From: a virus | Taxonomy: Duplodnaviria; Caudoviricetes | Reading direction: 5' to 3' (one strand) | Length of the DNA stretch: 30,894 nt | IMG/VR virus record: IMGVR_UViG_3300005662_000009 | Span: 1 to 30,894 of that record | Shown here: positions 1-7,696 of the stretch, one piece after another | Layout: each line of letters begins with the position of its first letter | How positions within the stretch are numbered: the first letter of the stretch is position 1 | Translations under genes and position numbers: made by a program | Notes under the pieces: model-generated | The model's database searches: none | The model's input: only the letters and a program-made list of their open reading frames with translations | Told to the model about the DNA's origin: nothing

Positions 1-100
1 ATGGGGGGCGTGCGTCGAGCTGCGGCATAGCGTGCGGGAACGGACTCCATGTCCGTGCAGGTTCGATTCCTGACCCTCCCACCTGCCCCCAAAAAAAAAA
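1..100. repeat. Terminal direct repeat, left copy (circular assembly overlap)
   Basis: Bases 1-100 are identical to 30795-30894, indicating a complete circular or terminally redundant genome. Confidence 0.95.
3..83 (+). ncRNA. tRNA-like structured element (non-canonical; duplicated at 30797-30877)
   Basis: T-arm CAGG-TTCGATT-CCTG (58-72); hairpin ACGGA-CTCCATG-TCCGT (40-56); 5' GGGGGG can pair with 3' CCCTCCC followed by ACC. No clear D-arm and almost no variable loop. Confidence 0.45.
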
Positions 101-119
101 TACCGAAAATTAAATTTTT

Positions 120-150
120 TTTGGAAATCGGGGGAAATGTGGTATATTTG
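120..150 (+). promoter_or_regulatory. Bacteroidota housekeeping-sigma promoter P1 (early)
   Basis: TTTG(120-123)-N19-TATATTTG(143-150) matches the Bacteroidota -33/-7 consensus; A/T tract upstream; ATG at 154. Confidence 0.85.
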
Positions 151-153
151 TGC

Positions 154-411
154 ATGGAAAACATCACCGCTAACATGGAAATCGGAACTCAATTGTCTTT
201 TACCCGTTGCGACATTTCGGGCAATTTCGCTGATTCGTGGACGACTCACGTCCAAAAAATCTACCGGGACGGAACCATCATGGCTGGCGGCATTCGCTAC
301 GTCGTTCAACGTTCCTACGTTCCCGGCGTGTTCACTATGATTAAATGGGGCCAATCCTCATGGGGATGGCGCTACAATTCACGACTGACCATGCAAATTG
401 TTCAACCCTAA
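154..411 (+). CDS. Hypothetical early protein (85 aa, probably leaderless)
   Basis: In frame with ORF 49..411; start moved to the ATG 3 nt after the -7 box. Confidence 0.7.
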   Translation: MENITANMEIGTQLSFTRCDISGNFADSWTTHVQKIYRDGTIMAGGIRYVVQRSYVPGVFTMIKWGQSSWGWRYNSRLTMQIVQP

Positions 412-422
412 AACCCTACCCT

Positions 423-710
423 ATGGGAAAACTCAAAAATTACTACCAACCTGAAATTGAAAGGGACACGCACGCTTGCCCCGGTTTCAATGAATGGTGC
501 GAATGGCTGGCGGCCACGCGGAACCCTATGCCACAACTGGACGCTTACGTCACGGAATCATTCCGACGTCGGCTGGCAAATGCCGTCTACGAAACGAAAC
601 GGAAACGCGGGGCCTGTAACGCTGAACCCTACGACATCGAATTTCATGTCTTTGAATTAGAACGCGTTTTGAATCATTTGGTCAACCACTTAAACGACAA
701 TCAGCTATGA
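423..710 (+). CDS. Hypothetical protein (95 aa)
   Basis: In frame with ORF 345..710; AAACCCTACCCT-ATG leader like other genes; stop overlaps next start (ATGA). Confidence 0.7.
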   Translation: MGKLKNYYQPEIERDTHACPGFNEWCEWLAATRNPMPQLDAYVTESFRRRLANAVYETKRKRGACNAEPYDIEFHVFELERVLNHLVNHLNDNQL

Positions 711-1126
711 AAATCACGAACGTCACGCCTACGGAACGCGGCGGCTACACCGGTCAATACGGCTACATGTTCACATATCATGTCACCCTTGACAATGGGT
801 TGACTGGGGAGGTTTCATGTAAAAATGAAAACCAATGGAAAACTGGAGACGACGTCGAAATCGTCTCGCAACAGACGAATCAATACGGCACAAAGCTTCG
901 CCTTAAAAAACCCGAATTTGCTGGCAACAGACCACATCGGGATGACCGAAATATACAGGCCTCAATTGATTCATCGTGGGCTATCAATGCAGCTTTGCAA
1001 TATCAAATTGCGAACGGCATGGCCTACGAATCAGACGCGGCTATTGGTGCGTTGTGTTCCCTCGCCAAACAAATGCTGGAGGTCAAAAATCAAATAATCG
1101 CTCACCTGAACCAACCCAATGAATGA
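707..1126 (+). CDS. Putative ssDNA-binding / OB-fold protein
   Basis: Beta-rich N-half with aromatic residues (YTGQYGYMFTYHVTLDNG..GE..K) and helical C-half, in the replication module. Confidence 0.5.
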   Translation: MKITNVTPTERGGYTGQYGYMFTYHVTLDNGLTGEVSCKNENQWKTGDDVEIVSQQTNQYGTKLRLKKPEFAGNRPHRDDRNIQASIDSSWAINAALQYQIANGMAYESDAAIGALCSLAKQMLEVKNQIIAHLNQPNE

Positions 1127-1337
1127 ATTGCGTTTGACCCTTTTGCGGCATTACGGCAAGCTGTCGATGACCGCTGAAAAACTCGGCGTGCAACCGGCAT
1201 CCGTGACCACGTGGCTGGAAAGCTCACCACGGAACATGTTGAAACATTTGCCTGAATTGCACGCTCAAACTGGCATCAGCTATGCGGACTGGATTACGAT
1301 GGTGCTGGAACGTGAACGCGAAATCCACAACGGCTGA
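1119..1337 (+). CDS. Cro-like HTH DNA-binding protein
   Basis: 72 aa with HTH pattern 'LSMTAEKLGVQPASVTTW', directly upstream of the replication initiator. Confidence 0.7.
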   Translation: MNELRLTLLRHYGKLSMTAEKLGVQPASVTTWLESSPRNMLKHLPELHAQTGISYADWITMVLEREREIHNG

Positions 1338-1342
1338 CCTAA

Positions 1343-2098
1343 ATGTCTACGAACCAAAATGACCGGGGGGGCAAACAGCCCTCCCGTTTGGTTTCTGACC
1401 GCTTCGGATTGTGGATTCCCGCTACGATTTGGCATGACCGCCGCTTAACCTTGATCGACAAAATCCTGTTGTCAGACATTGTTTCAATGATTGACAATGG
1501 CATGGAATACTACAAGACGAACGAACGAATCGCTAACGATGTTCAATGCTCAATTGCGACCGCAAAACGGAGCCTGTCCTCGTTACAAAACATGGGCTAC
1601 ATTGAAATTTCCTACACGCCAAATCGCACCATACGGGTAGCTCAAATTGCACCGGGCCAAAATGACCCGGCTCAAAATGAACCCAGCAATGGCTCAAAAC
1701 GAACCGGCGACCGGCTCAAAATGAACCGACCCCCGGCTCAAAATGAGCCACATAATATATCATTGAATAAACCAATTAAGGAACCATTGAATAACCCACC
1801 GGCGGAAATCTTGATGCCGTTCCCTGATCATGATTTTGCGGAAGCTTGGGCACAATGGAAATCTGAACGAAAAACCCGACGCCTACGCGCCTACACGGAA
1901 CAAGGCGAAATCACCCAATTACATCGGCTGCAAAAAATCTCGAACCACAATGTCCGAACAGCTATCGACATCATTCACCAATCCATTGCCCAAGGATGGC
2001 AAGGACTATTCCCCCTCAAACCTGACGGAACGCGACCAAATGCGAATCCGGTCGACTACGATGAGCTTGCATCGTATATCCGGGACGGGGCTGGCTGA
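1343..2098 (+). CDS. Replication initiator (lambda O / DnaD-like, N-terminal winged HTH)
   Basis: 'GLWIPATIW..RLTLIDKILL...YYKTNERIA...SIATAKRSLSSL..GYI' wHTH, central iteron-encoded linker, C-terminal 'FAEAWAQWK...SIAQGWQGLF' domain. Confidence 0.8.
   Translation: MSTNQNDRGGKQPSRLVSDRFGLWIPATIWHDRRLTLIDKILLSDIVSMIDNGMEYYKTNERIANDVQCSIATAKRSLSSLQNMGYIEISYTPNRTIRVAQIAPGQNDPAQNEPSNGSKRTGDRLKMNRPPAQNEPHNISLNKPIKEPLNNPPAEILMPFPDHDFAEAWAQWKSERKTRRLRAYTEQGEITQLHRLQKISNHNVRTAIDIIHQSIAQGWQGLFPLKPDGTRPNANPVDYDELASYIRDGAG
1364..1389 (+). terminator. GC-rich hairpin (possible attenuator) in the 5' end of the initiator gene
   Basis: CGGGGGGGC-AAACA-GCCCTCCCG 9-bp stem followed by TTTGGTTTCT. Confidence 0.45.
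1640..1794. repeat. Replication origin: iteron array plus AT-rich unwinding region
   Basis: GGCTCA-AAA-TGA(A/G)CC repeats at 1669, 1691, 1713, 1735 (22-bp period), degenerate copies at 1640 and 1655, then an AT-rich tract with CATTGAATAA at 1761 and 1785. Confidence 0.85.
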
Positions 2099-2600
2099 CA
2101 TCAAACCTGAAGACGCGTGGGTGCATGGCACGAACGTAAAAACAGCCCTGAAATACAACCCGACCGAAACCCGTGCTGCCCTCGTCCTGATGGTCGGGGA
2201 CGTTTGCAAATTCATTGACGCTAAAAAAACGCTGGAAACGGCTGCGGATTTTATTTTCTGTGTGGAGGCGTTGCTGGATCAATTCCCGGCAATGAAACTG
2301 GAGGAATGGCGAATCGTGACTCAACGCATGAAAATGGGATATTACGGGAAATACTACGAACGGCTAAAGGTTGCGGAATTTGCTGACGCGTTCGTGGCGC
2401 ACGAAACGGAACGTCAACCATTCATTGAGAAACAACACACCGCTCACCAAATCACGCGGGGCACTGACCGCCCTGACCATGTGACATACGAACCACAATC
2501 AATGGCCGACCTACGCCGAAAAGCTTGGCCGTTCCGCTACGATAACACAACCAAACCCGAACCGGATGCCACTGAACCCGAACCCGAAACCAACGCTTAA
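2061..2600 (+). CDS. Putative helicase loader / replication accessory protein (lambda P position)
   Basis: In frame with ORF 1830..2600; helical protein immediately after the initiator. Start uncertain; function inferred from synteny. Confidence 0.5.
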   Translation: MSLHRISGTGLADIKPEDAWVHGTNVKTALKYNPTETRAALVLMVGDVCKFIDAKKTLETAADFIFCVEALLDQFPAMKLEEWRIVTQRMKMGYYGKYYERLKVAEFADAFVAHETERQPFIEKQHTAHQITRGTDRPDHVTYEPQSMADLRRKAWPFRYDNTTKPEPDATEPEPETNA

Positions 2601-2979
2601 AAAAAAGCTCGACGAAATTTTTAGCCGGTACATCCGCTTGCGGGCTACAGACCAATACGGCTATGGTCAATGTTTCACATGCGAACACACATATCACTGG
2701 AAACAAGTCGATGCCGGTCATTTCGTGACCCGAGCTAAAACGAGCACTCGGTGGCACGAACACAACGTCCAATTCCAGTGCAAGCGCTGCAACATGAACG
2801 GCGGGGAACAATACAAATTCAGCATTAAGCTGAACCAAACGTATGGCCCGGACACCGCTGAAAACCTGTACATTGCCTCCAATAAGCTGGCGAAAATATC
2901 GCCGGTCGAAATGGAATCCATGATAGCCCATTACAGGAAGCTGGTAAATGACCTCATCAGGCAAAAACGACTGGGATAA
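2566..2979 (+). CDS. ninG: NinG/Rap-like recombination endonuclease
   Basis: 'LDEIFSRYIRLR...CFTC...DAGHF...TRWHEHNV..QC..CN' motifs. Confidence 0.9.
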   Translation: MPLNPNPKPTLKKKLDEIFSRYIRLRATDQYGYGQCFTCEHTYHWKQVDAGHFVTRAKTSTRWHEHNVQFQCKRCNMNGGEQYKFSIKLNQTYGPDTAENLYIASNKLAKISPVEMESMIAHYRKLVNDLIRQKRLG

Positions 2980-3433
2980 ATGGATCAGCCAACATTACGC
3001 CAAGCTGGTGACGGCGGCACGGAAATACCATGCCGATGCGGAAGACCTTGTACATAGCTGTTATTTGATTTGCCGGGAAAAACCGGACGTCCAAAATCAC
3101 TACGCCTATTTCGTGCGGGTGATGCAACGCGAAGCTTATTCAGGAAAATTCAAATCAGAATACCACATCGATGACACCCCATTGCAAGACATACCCGCCC
3201 CTGAAAACGACCATGACCCATTCATACGTGAACAGCTGGAGCTATACATTGACCGATTACATCGATTTGACCGGCTGGTATGGAAGCTTCACAACGAGGG
3301 CTATTCAATGGTCGAAATCGCACACGGAACTGGAATACCATTACAAACGCTGTACAACAGCTTGAACCAAACCCGAAAAACCATTCGACAATGTTTTTAC
3401 AGGTCTCATCCGAAATCCGGACAAAACGGATAG
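2948..3433 (+). CDS. ECF-like sigma factor / late transcription regulator
   Basis: Region-2-like 'DAEDLVH..YL' and region-4 HTH 'GYSMVEIAHGTGIPLQTLYNSL'. Confidence 0.75.
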   Translation: MTSSGKNDWDKWISQHYAKLVTAARKYHADAEDLVHSCYLICREKPDVQNHYAYFVRVMQREAYSGKFKSEYHIDDTPLQDIPAPENDHDPFIREQLELYIDRLHRFDRLVWKLHNEGYSMVEIAHGTGIPLQTLYNSLNQTRKTIRQCFYRSHPKSGQNG

Positions 3434-3873
3434 CTACATGCGAAGCTTGCGTCTATTACAACAAAACCACCCGGTCATGTGGCACGTTAGGATTTCCTCA
3501 AAACGTAGGGGTAGGGCGAACCACGCGTAAGCTTTGCGGATGTTTCATCCCGTTGAAAGCGACGCTCAAAATCGCTAAATGTCCACTAGGAAAATGGGAC
3601 GCTCAAATCGACGCCGACATCATGCGTTTGGTTGTAGAATTTACCGCAACTGAAAGGGCAGAACTCAACGCGACCGAAATCCAAATCCTGTTTGAGACCT
3701 ACAACAAGGCAAATGGAACGAACAGGAAATACACCGGATGCAAATCGTGCGTCCGAGAAATCTACGCCGAAATGAAAAAATTGGCCGAGGACTGGCAGCG
3801 TGAACAGGAATTAACCACTCCCGACCCAGAACCGCCGACCGAAAAAAAACGACGTCGACGCGCGGAAAATTGA
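3391..3873 (+). CDS. Cys-rich Zn-binding protein (DUF6171-like N-terminus)
   Basis: 'R..TCEAC...CG...CGCFIPLK......CPLGKW' plus a second CxxC (GCKSC); in frame with ORF 3280..3873. Confidence 0.65.
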   Translation: MFLQVSSEIRTKRIATCEACVYYNKTTRSCGTLGFPQNVGVGRTTRKLCGCFIPLKATLKIAKCPLGKWDAQIDADIMRLVVEFTATERAELNATEIQILFETYNKANGTNRKYTGCKSCVREIYAEMKKLAEDWQREQELTTPDPEPPTEKKRRRRAEN

Positions 3874-3891
3874 AAACATTGTGTATATTTG
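3862..3891 (+). promoter_or_regulatory. Early promoter P2
   Basis: TATATTTG at 3884-3891; GGAAA spacer start and upstream A8 tract resemble P1/P3; -33 degenerate; ATG at 3896. Confidence 0.75.
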
Positions 3892-3895
3892 TGGC

Positions 3896-4300
3896 ATGGA
3901 AAACCACAACCCCACGCCCCTGCGGGCGACCGCTCAACTGCCCCGTACGGGCTCGTTTGTTAATTGGATGGTCTCGAACAACCAAACCCTCCCGGTGGTG
4001 GGTGAAGGGGCGACCATTTGTTTATGGACTGACCGACATGCGTACTGGATTATCGATGTGAACCACGCTCAACGCTCGGTCACGTTGGAACGCGCTGAAT
4101 GCATCCGGACTGACAATTTCGGAATGTCTGATTCCCAAACCTACCGCTACGAACGGGATGCGAACCCCTCGCAAATCACGCTGTACCTCCGGTGGAATGG
4201 ATGGAGACACCGGCACGTAATCGACGGGCGGACATTCCACTCGGAACCGGTTAACGTGGTTTTTGGCTGGATGAACGAACACTACGATTTTTCATTCTAA
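3896..4300 (+). CDS. Hypothetical early protein (134 aa)
   Basis: Starts ATGGAAAAC just after the -7 box; followed by a terminator. Confidence 0.8.
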   Translation: MENHNPTPLRATAQLPRTGSFVNWMVSNNQTLPVVGEGATICLWTDRHAYWIIDVNHAQRSVTLERAECIRTDNFGMSDSQTYRYERDANPSQITLYLRWNGWRHRHVIDGRTFHSEPVNVVFGWMNEHYDFSF

Positions 4301-4308
4301 ATGACGAT

Positions 4309-4336
4309 GCCCTGCCCATTCCGGGCGGGGCTTTTT
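4309..4336 (+). terminator. Rho-independent terminator T1
   Basis: GCCCTGCCC-ATTCC-GGGCGGGGC-TTTTT. Confidence 0.85.
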
Positions 4337-4347
4337 ACCCCTGCATC

Positions 4348-4560
4348 ATGGACTACACCCCTAACATCACGTGGCTACACGGCGAACACGCTAACGCCGT
4401 CATTGACACCCGCCTCCCCTACATCCACATATTTGAACCTGACATGTTTGTGCAGGGGGACGATGCCCTCGAAATCATAACCTTGATCCACGCCCACTGG
4501 GTTGCCTCCGATTGCTCGGTGGCGGAATCGGTGGAATGGTGGAAAGCTGTACACATTTGA
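4348..4560 (+). CDS. Hypothetical protein (70 aa)
   Basis: ORF fills the gap between T1 and the next gene on the coding strand. Confidence 0.65.
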   Translation: MDYTPNITWLHGEHANAVIDTRLPYIHIFEPDMFVQGDDALEIITLIHAHWVASDCSVAESVEWWKAVHI

Positions 4561-4579
4561 AACCCTAATCCTTTACCCT

Positions 4580-4855
4580 ATGGAAAAATACAACGGCTGG
4601 ACAAACTACGCCACATGGCGGGTTAACCTCGAATTAGTCGATGAAATGGAAATCGACGCTACCGGCATGACCCCTGACCAATGGAGGGACATGGACAATT
4701 ATGACCGGGCACACCATTTGGAAGACATCATTCTAAACTACATGGACGGGGTAGACGGCCCTGAATGGGTGCGGGATTTTGCCTTGGCGTTCATGGCTGA
4801 CGTCAATTGGTACGAAATAGCTAACCATTGCACGGAACGCTGGTGTGAGGAATGA
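4580..4855 (+). CDS. Conserved small acidic phage protein (YNGWTNY.TW family)
   Basis: N-terminal 'YNGWTNYATWRVNL' and C-terminal 'VNWYEIA' motifs; ACCCT-ATG leader. Confidence 0.8.
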   Translation: MEKYNGWTNYATWRVNLELVDEMEIDATGMTPDQWRDMDNYDRAHHLEDIILNYMDGVDGPEWVRDFALAFMADVNWYEIANHCTERWCEE

Positions 4856-4875
4856 AAAAAAACATGCCTCACATG

Positions 4876-4905
4876 TTGGAAAATTAAAAATGTTTCGTAT
4901 ATTTG
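4876..4905 (+). promoter_or_regulatory. Early promoter P3
   Basis: TTG(4876-4878)-N19-TATATTTG(4898-4905); ATG at 4909. Confidence 0.85.
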
Positions 4906-4908
4906 TGC

Positions 4909-5190
4909 ATGGAAAACACACAACCCTTTGTCCCTATGACACTGCCCTACGAATGCACCCCGCTCAAATTTGTTGACCGGCACGCGCTGCACACATTCCA
5001 CGTGACCCACTTGATGGATTATCTGGAAATCCTTGTAATTGAATGTCGGCAATTGACATCATGCCTCGACGCTATGTTCAATGAACACGTGGGCACTGAC
5101 GCATGGCACGCTCACGTCAAAATGCACGACGATGCCTACCGCGAAAAACGCTACGTGCGGGAACAGCTCCGTAACCGAACCCAACGCTAA
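4909..5190 (+). CDS. Hypothetical early protein (93 aa, His-rich)
   Basis: ATGGAAAAC start 3 nt after the -7 box. Confidence 0.75.
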   Translation: MENTQPFVPMTLPYECTPLKFVDRHALHTFHVTHLMDYLEILVIECRQLTSCLDAMFNEHVGTDAWHAHVKMHDDAYREKRYVREQLRNRTQR

Positions 5191-5209
5191 CCCTATAAAC
5201 CGCTCCCCT

Positions 5210-5602
5210 ATGGAACGCTATTCACGGGACGCCCACCTCACGGGCATGTACGACGTCATTTTCCGCAACGGACAGACGCCTCGGCACATCATGTACATGG
5301 ACGCTGAATGCAACGCTCCGGTGGTCACGATTTGCGCTGACCAAATGTCGCGAACCCATTTGCCTAACGGCGCCTATTATTTTCATTCGGAATCGCCCTA
5401 CGACTTGTTTTTGATTCCGAAAATCGCGGACTCATGGCATGTCCTCGCCATGAACGCTGACGGCGGGATTTCGGCCCACCTCTACGCGTCGGAAGCTCGG
5501 GCACGCCGTTACCACCCTGACGGCGTCATTGTCAACCTGACCGAAATTTACCGGCAGAATGTGGTGCGGGTTCCACGTGAAACGGAACCGGCGAACGTCT
5601 AA
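5210..5602 (+). CDS. Hypothetical protein (130 aa)
   Basis: In frame with ORF 5081..5602; CCCCT-ATG leader; followed by a terminator. Confidence 0.7.
   Translation: MERYSRDAHLTGMYDVIFRNGQTPRHIMYMDAECNAPVVTICADQMSRTHLPNGAYYFHSESPYDLFLIPKIADSWHVLAMNADGGISAHLYASEARARRYHPDGVIVNLTEIYRQNVVRVPRETEPANV
5569..5584. promoter_or_regulatory. parS-like site 1
   Basis: gGTTCCACGTGAAACg; the 14-bp core matches the chromosomal parS consensus TGTTNCACGTGAAACA. Confidence 0.75.
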
Positions 5603-5609
5603 CCAAAAC

Positions 5610-5636
5610 GCCCTGCCCATTTTGGGCGGGGCTTTT
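5610..5636 (+). terminator. Rho-independent terminator T2 (near-identical to T1)
   Basis: GCCCTGCCC-ATTTT-GGGCGGGGC-TTTT. Confidence 0.85.
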
Positions 5637-5645
5637 CATTCCCCT

Positions 5646-5792
5646 ATGAACGACCAACCTGTGGCATTCGTCGCCTACAAATTCACCCCGGAAAAAAACA
5701 TGCTCATGTGGGAATCCGGGGAAACATTCCCCTGCCCAAACGTGACCACTTACGACCGGGCAATCATTTACTGGAAAACATCCCTAATCTAA
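5646..5792 (+). CDS. Hypothetical protein (48 aa)
   Basis: CCCCT-ATG leader; fills the gap before the exonuclease. Confidence 0.5.
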   Translation: MNDQPVAFVAYKFTPEKNMLMWESGETFPCPNVTTYDRAIIYWKTSLI

Positions 5793-5796
5793 CCCT

Positions 5797-6519
5797 ATGA
5801 AACGAGATTATTTGTCTGTATCGGCGTTAAAGGCGTTCGCACAATCGCCGAACCACTACATCGCTTATTTGACCAAAACCATCGACCCTACGCCTGCAAT
5901 GGAATTGGGCAGCGCTGTTCATTGCTACGTTTTGGAACCACACAAATTCAATGAACGCTACGCGATAGCTCCGGCGGTTGACCGGCGCACGAAAGAGGGG
6001 AAAACGGCATGGCAGGAATTTGCGGACGCTAACGACGGCAAAACCATCCTGACCGGGCAAGACGCCGTTCAAATACAATCGGTGCAAGACGCGGTCACCC
6101 ATTGCGCTCCCGCCTGTGATTTGCTGGCCGGGTGCGAATTTGAATTGTCTATCCGCAAACCAATAGCTGAATATCCGTTTGTCGGAATCGCCGACGCCTT
6201 CGGCGGGGACTACGTGGTGGATTTGAAAACATGCCGGGACGCCTCACCGGAGGCGTTCATGCGTGATGCGTCCAACCTGAAATATCATTGGCAAGCTGTG
6301 GTTTACCGAATCCTGTTTGGCGTTGACCGATTCTATTGGATAGCGGCGGAAACCACGGCCCCATACAACGTGGCTGTCTATCAACAATCGGATCAAGCTT
6401 ACGGGATTACATTGCCTCACGTGATTGACGCTATCGAAAAATTCAAACGCTGGGACGGGACACCCGGCGGCTATTTTGACGGCATCAATGAATTGCGCCT
6501 CCCCCCTTGGGTCAAATAA
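5797..6519 (+). CDS. PD-(D/E)XK exonuclease, RecE/ExoVIII-like (DUF3799-like)
   Basis: 'LSVSALK...TPAMELGSAVHCYVLEP...DRRTKEGK...GIAD...VDLKT...YHWQA.VY' motifs. Confidence 0.88.
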   Translation: MKRDYLSVSALKAFAQSPNHYIAYLTKTIDPTPAMELGSAVHCYVLEPHKFNERYAIAPAVDRRTKEGKTAWQEFADANDGKTILTGQDAVQIQSVQDAVTHCAPACDLLAGCEFELSIRKPIAEYPFVGIADAFGGDYVVDLKTCRDASPEAFMRDASNLKYHWQAVVYRILFGVDRFYWIAAETTAPYNVAVYQQSDQAYGITLPHVIDAIEKFKRWDGTPGGYFDGINELRLPPWVK

Positions 6520-6534
6520 TCAACCCTTATTACG

Positions 6535-6858
6535 ATGAGCAAACATTCCATCCAAACCTACTGGGAGCAGGTTGAATCCGGGCAATTGACTAACGGCAAA
6601 GCTGCCCTGTACCGAACCATTCGGAACGCTGGCCGAATGACTACAAAAGAAATGGCGTCCGCCTTAAATTGGAAATTGTCAACCATAACCGGTCGCCTGT
6701 CGGAATTGATGGACGAAGGACTGGTTCATGAAATTGGCTCGCCGGGGACATATCAATGCACCACAATGGAAGTCATGCGGGCGATGCACAAAACCCACCG
6801 GCGACAAATACGCTACCAAAAATGGGTAGCCCTTGGCAAACAAAACGGGTGGCTATGA
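6535..6858 (+). CDS. Winged-helix DNA-binding protein
   Basis: 'MTTKEMASALNWKLSTITGRLSELMDEGLVHEIG' wHTH. Confidence 0.75.
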   Translation: MSKHSIQTYWEQVESGQLTNGKAALYRTIRNAGRMTTKEMASALNWKLSTITGRLSELMDEGLVHEIGSPGTYQCTTMEVMRAMHKTHRRQIRYQKWVALGKQNGWL

Positions 6859-7082
6859 CATACACGCCCGAAGAACTAACGGCCATCGCCGCGAACATTG
6901 TGGAATACGTGCGACGGGGGATAGCCGACTACGCCCATGTAGACCAACACACCGGACAAACCCACGTCTACGAAATAGACCTGACGCCTGGGGAAAAATG
7001 CGAATTGCTGCACGAAGCCCATGCCATCCATGAACACGCTAAATCTCAAAAACGAATCCGAAAACAAATGAAAGCTGCATGA
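6855..7082 (+). CDS. Hypothetical protein (75 aa)
   Basis: ATGA overlaps at both ends; in frame with ORF 6756..7082. Confidence 0.7.
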   Translation: MTYTPEELTAIAANIVEYVRRGIADYAHVDQHTGQTHVYEIDLTPGEKCELLHEAHAIHEHAKSQKRIRKQMKAA

Positions 7083-7696
7083 GCAAATCATTCACGACCT
7101 ACGTGCAAGCCGTCCCCGAACGGCTCGCCGTAGTACAGACCTACCGAAAGGAATTCCCGGATTTGCGAATCCACATAGACGCGGGGAAAACTGGATCCCA
7201 CAAAAGCTTTGGGAAAATGCTGGAATATGAACATCCGGGATGGAGGCTGCATTTGCAGGACGATTTGGTCATTGCACCGGGTTTGTGCGCCTACATACCG
7301 CAAATCATAGAAACAGCCACTACCAACGAATGGGACATGGTTTCATTATTTTGCATGAAGCGAAAGCTTCCGGGCGTTCAATACAAACAATGGACGTGGG
7401 AGGACACATGGATGAAACAATACAAGCTGTTCCACATTTTGGCGGTATTGTTGAGCCCAAAGGCATTAGCTGCGCTACGTGAATCGTATTGGAATGTTTC
7501 AGCAATAGACCTTCACACCCCAAATGGTCAACACGATGACATGGCCGTGCAAGAAGTCATAGAAAAACACAAGCTGGTGGCGGTAGAACATTACCCATCC
7601 CTCGTCCAGCACCAGTACAAATTACCCTCGTCCATGAATCACCCAATCACCAGCTTTACGCGTTCAGGCATTTACGACCCTTCATTTCTGCAATGA
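7079..7696 (+). CDS. Glycosyltransferase-like protein 1 (GT-A fold)
   Basis: 'LHLQDD' DxD-like motif, 'HDD' and C-terminal 'PSLVQH' motif. Confidence 0.65.
   Translation: MSKSFTTYVQAVPERLAVVQTYRKEFPDLRIHIDAGKTGSHKSFGKMLEYEHPGWRLHLQDDLVIAPGLCAYIPQIIETATTNEWDMVSLFCMKRKLPGVQYKQWTWEDTWMKQYKLFHILAVLLSPKALAALRESYWNVSAIDLHTPNGQHDDMAVQEVIEKHKLVAVEHYPSLVQHQYKLPSSMNHPITSFTRSGIYDPSFLQ

Noticed and set aside
1-100. Terminal repeat as a biological DTR or att site
   Set aside because: An exact 100-bp overlap ending in a homopolymer is typical of assembler circularisation; PBSX-type terminases usually package headfuls; no integrase seen.
49-153. N-terminal extension of ORF 49..411
   Set aside because: It runs through the tRNA-like element, A/T tracts and promoter P1; ATG 154 fits the pattern at the other three promoters.
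1640-1750. Repeats as a mini CRISPR array
   Set aside because: 15-bp repeats with 7-bp spacers inside an initiator gene and no cas genes; they fit iterons.
1-3000. CCGG over-representation
   Set aside because: About 20 versus 12 expected in a 3-kb sample, partly due to iterons and codon use; too weak to claim without computation.
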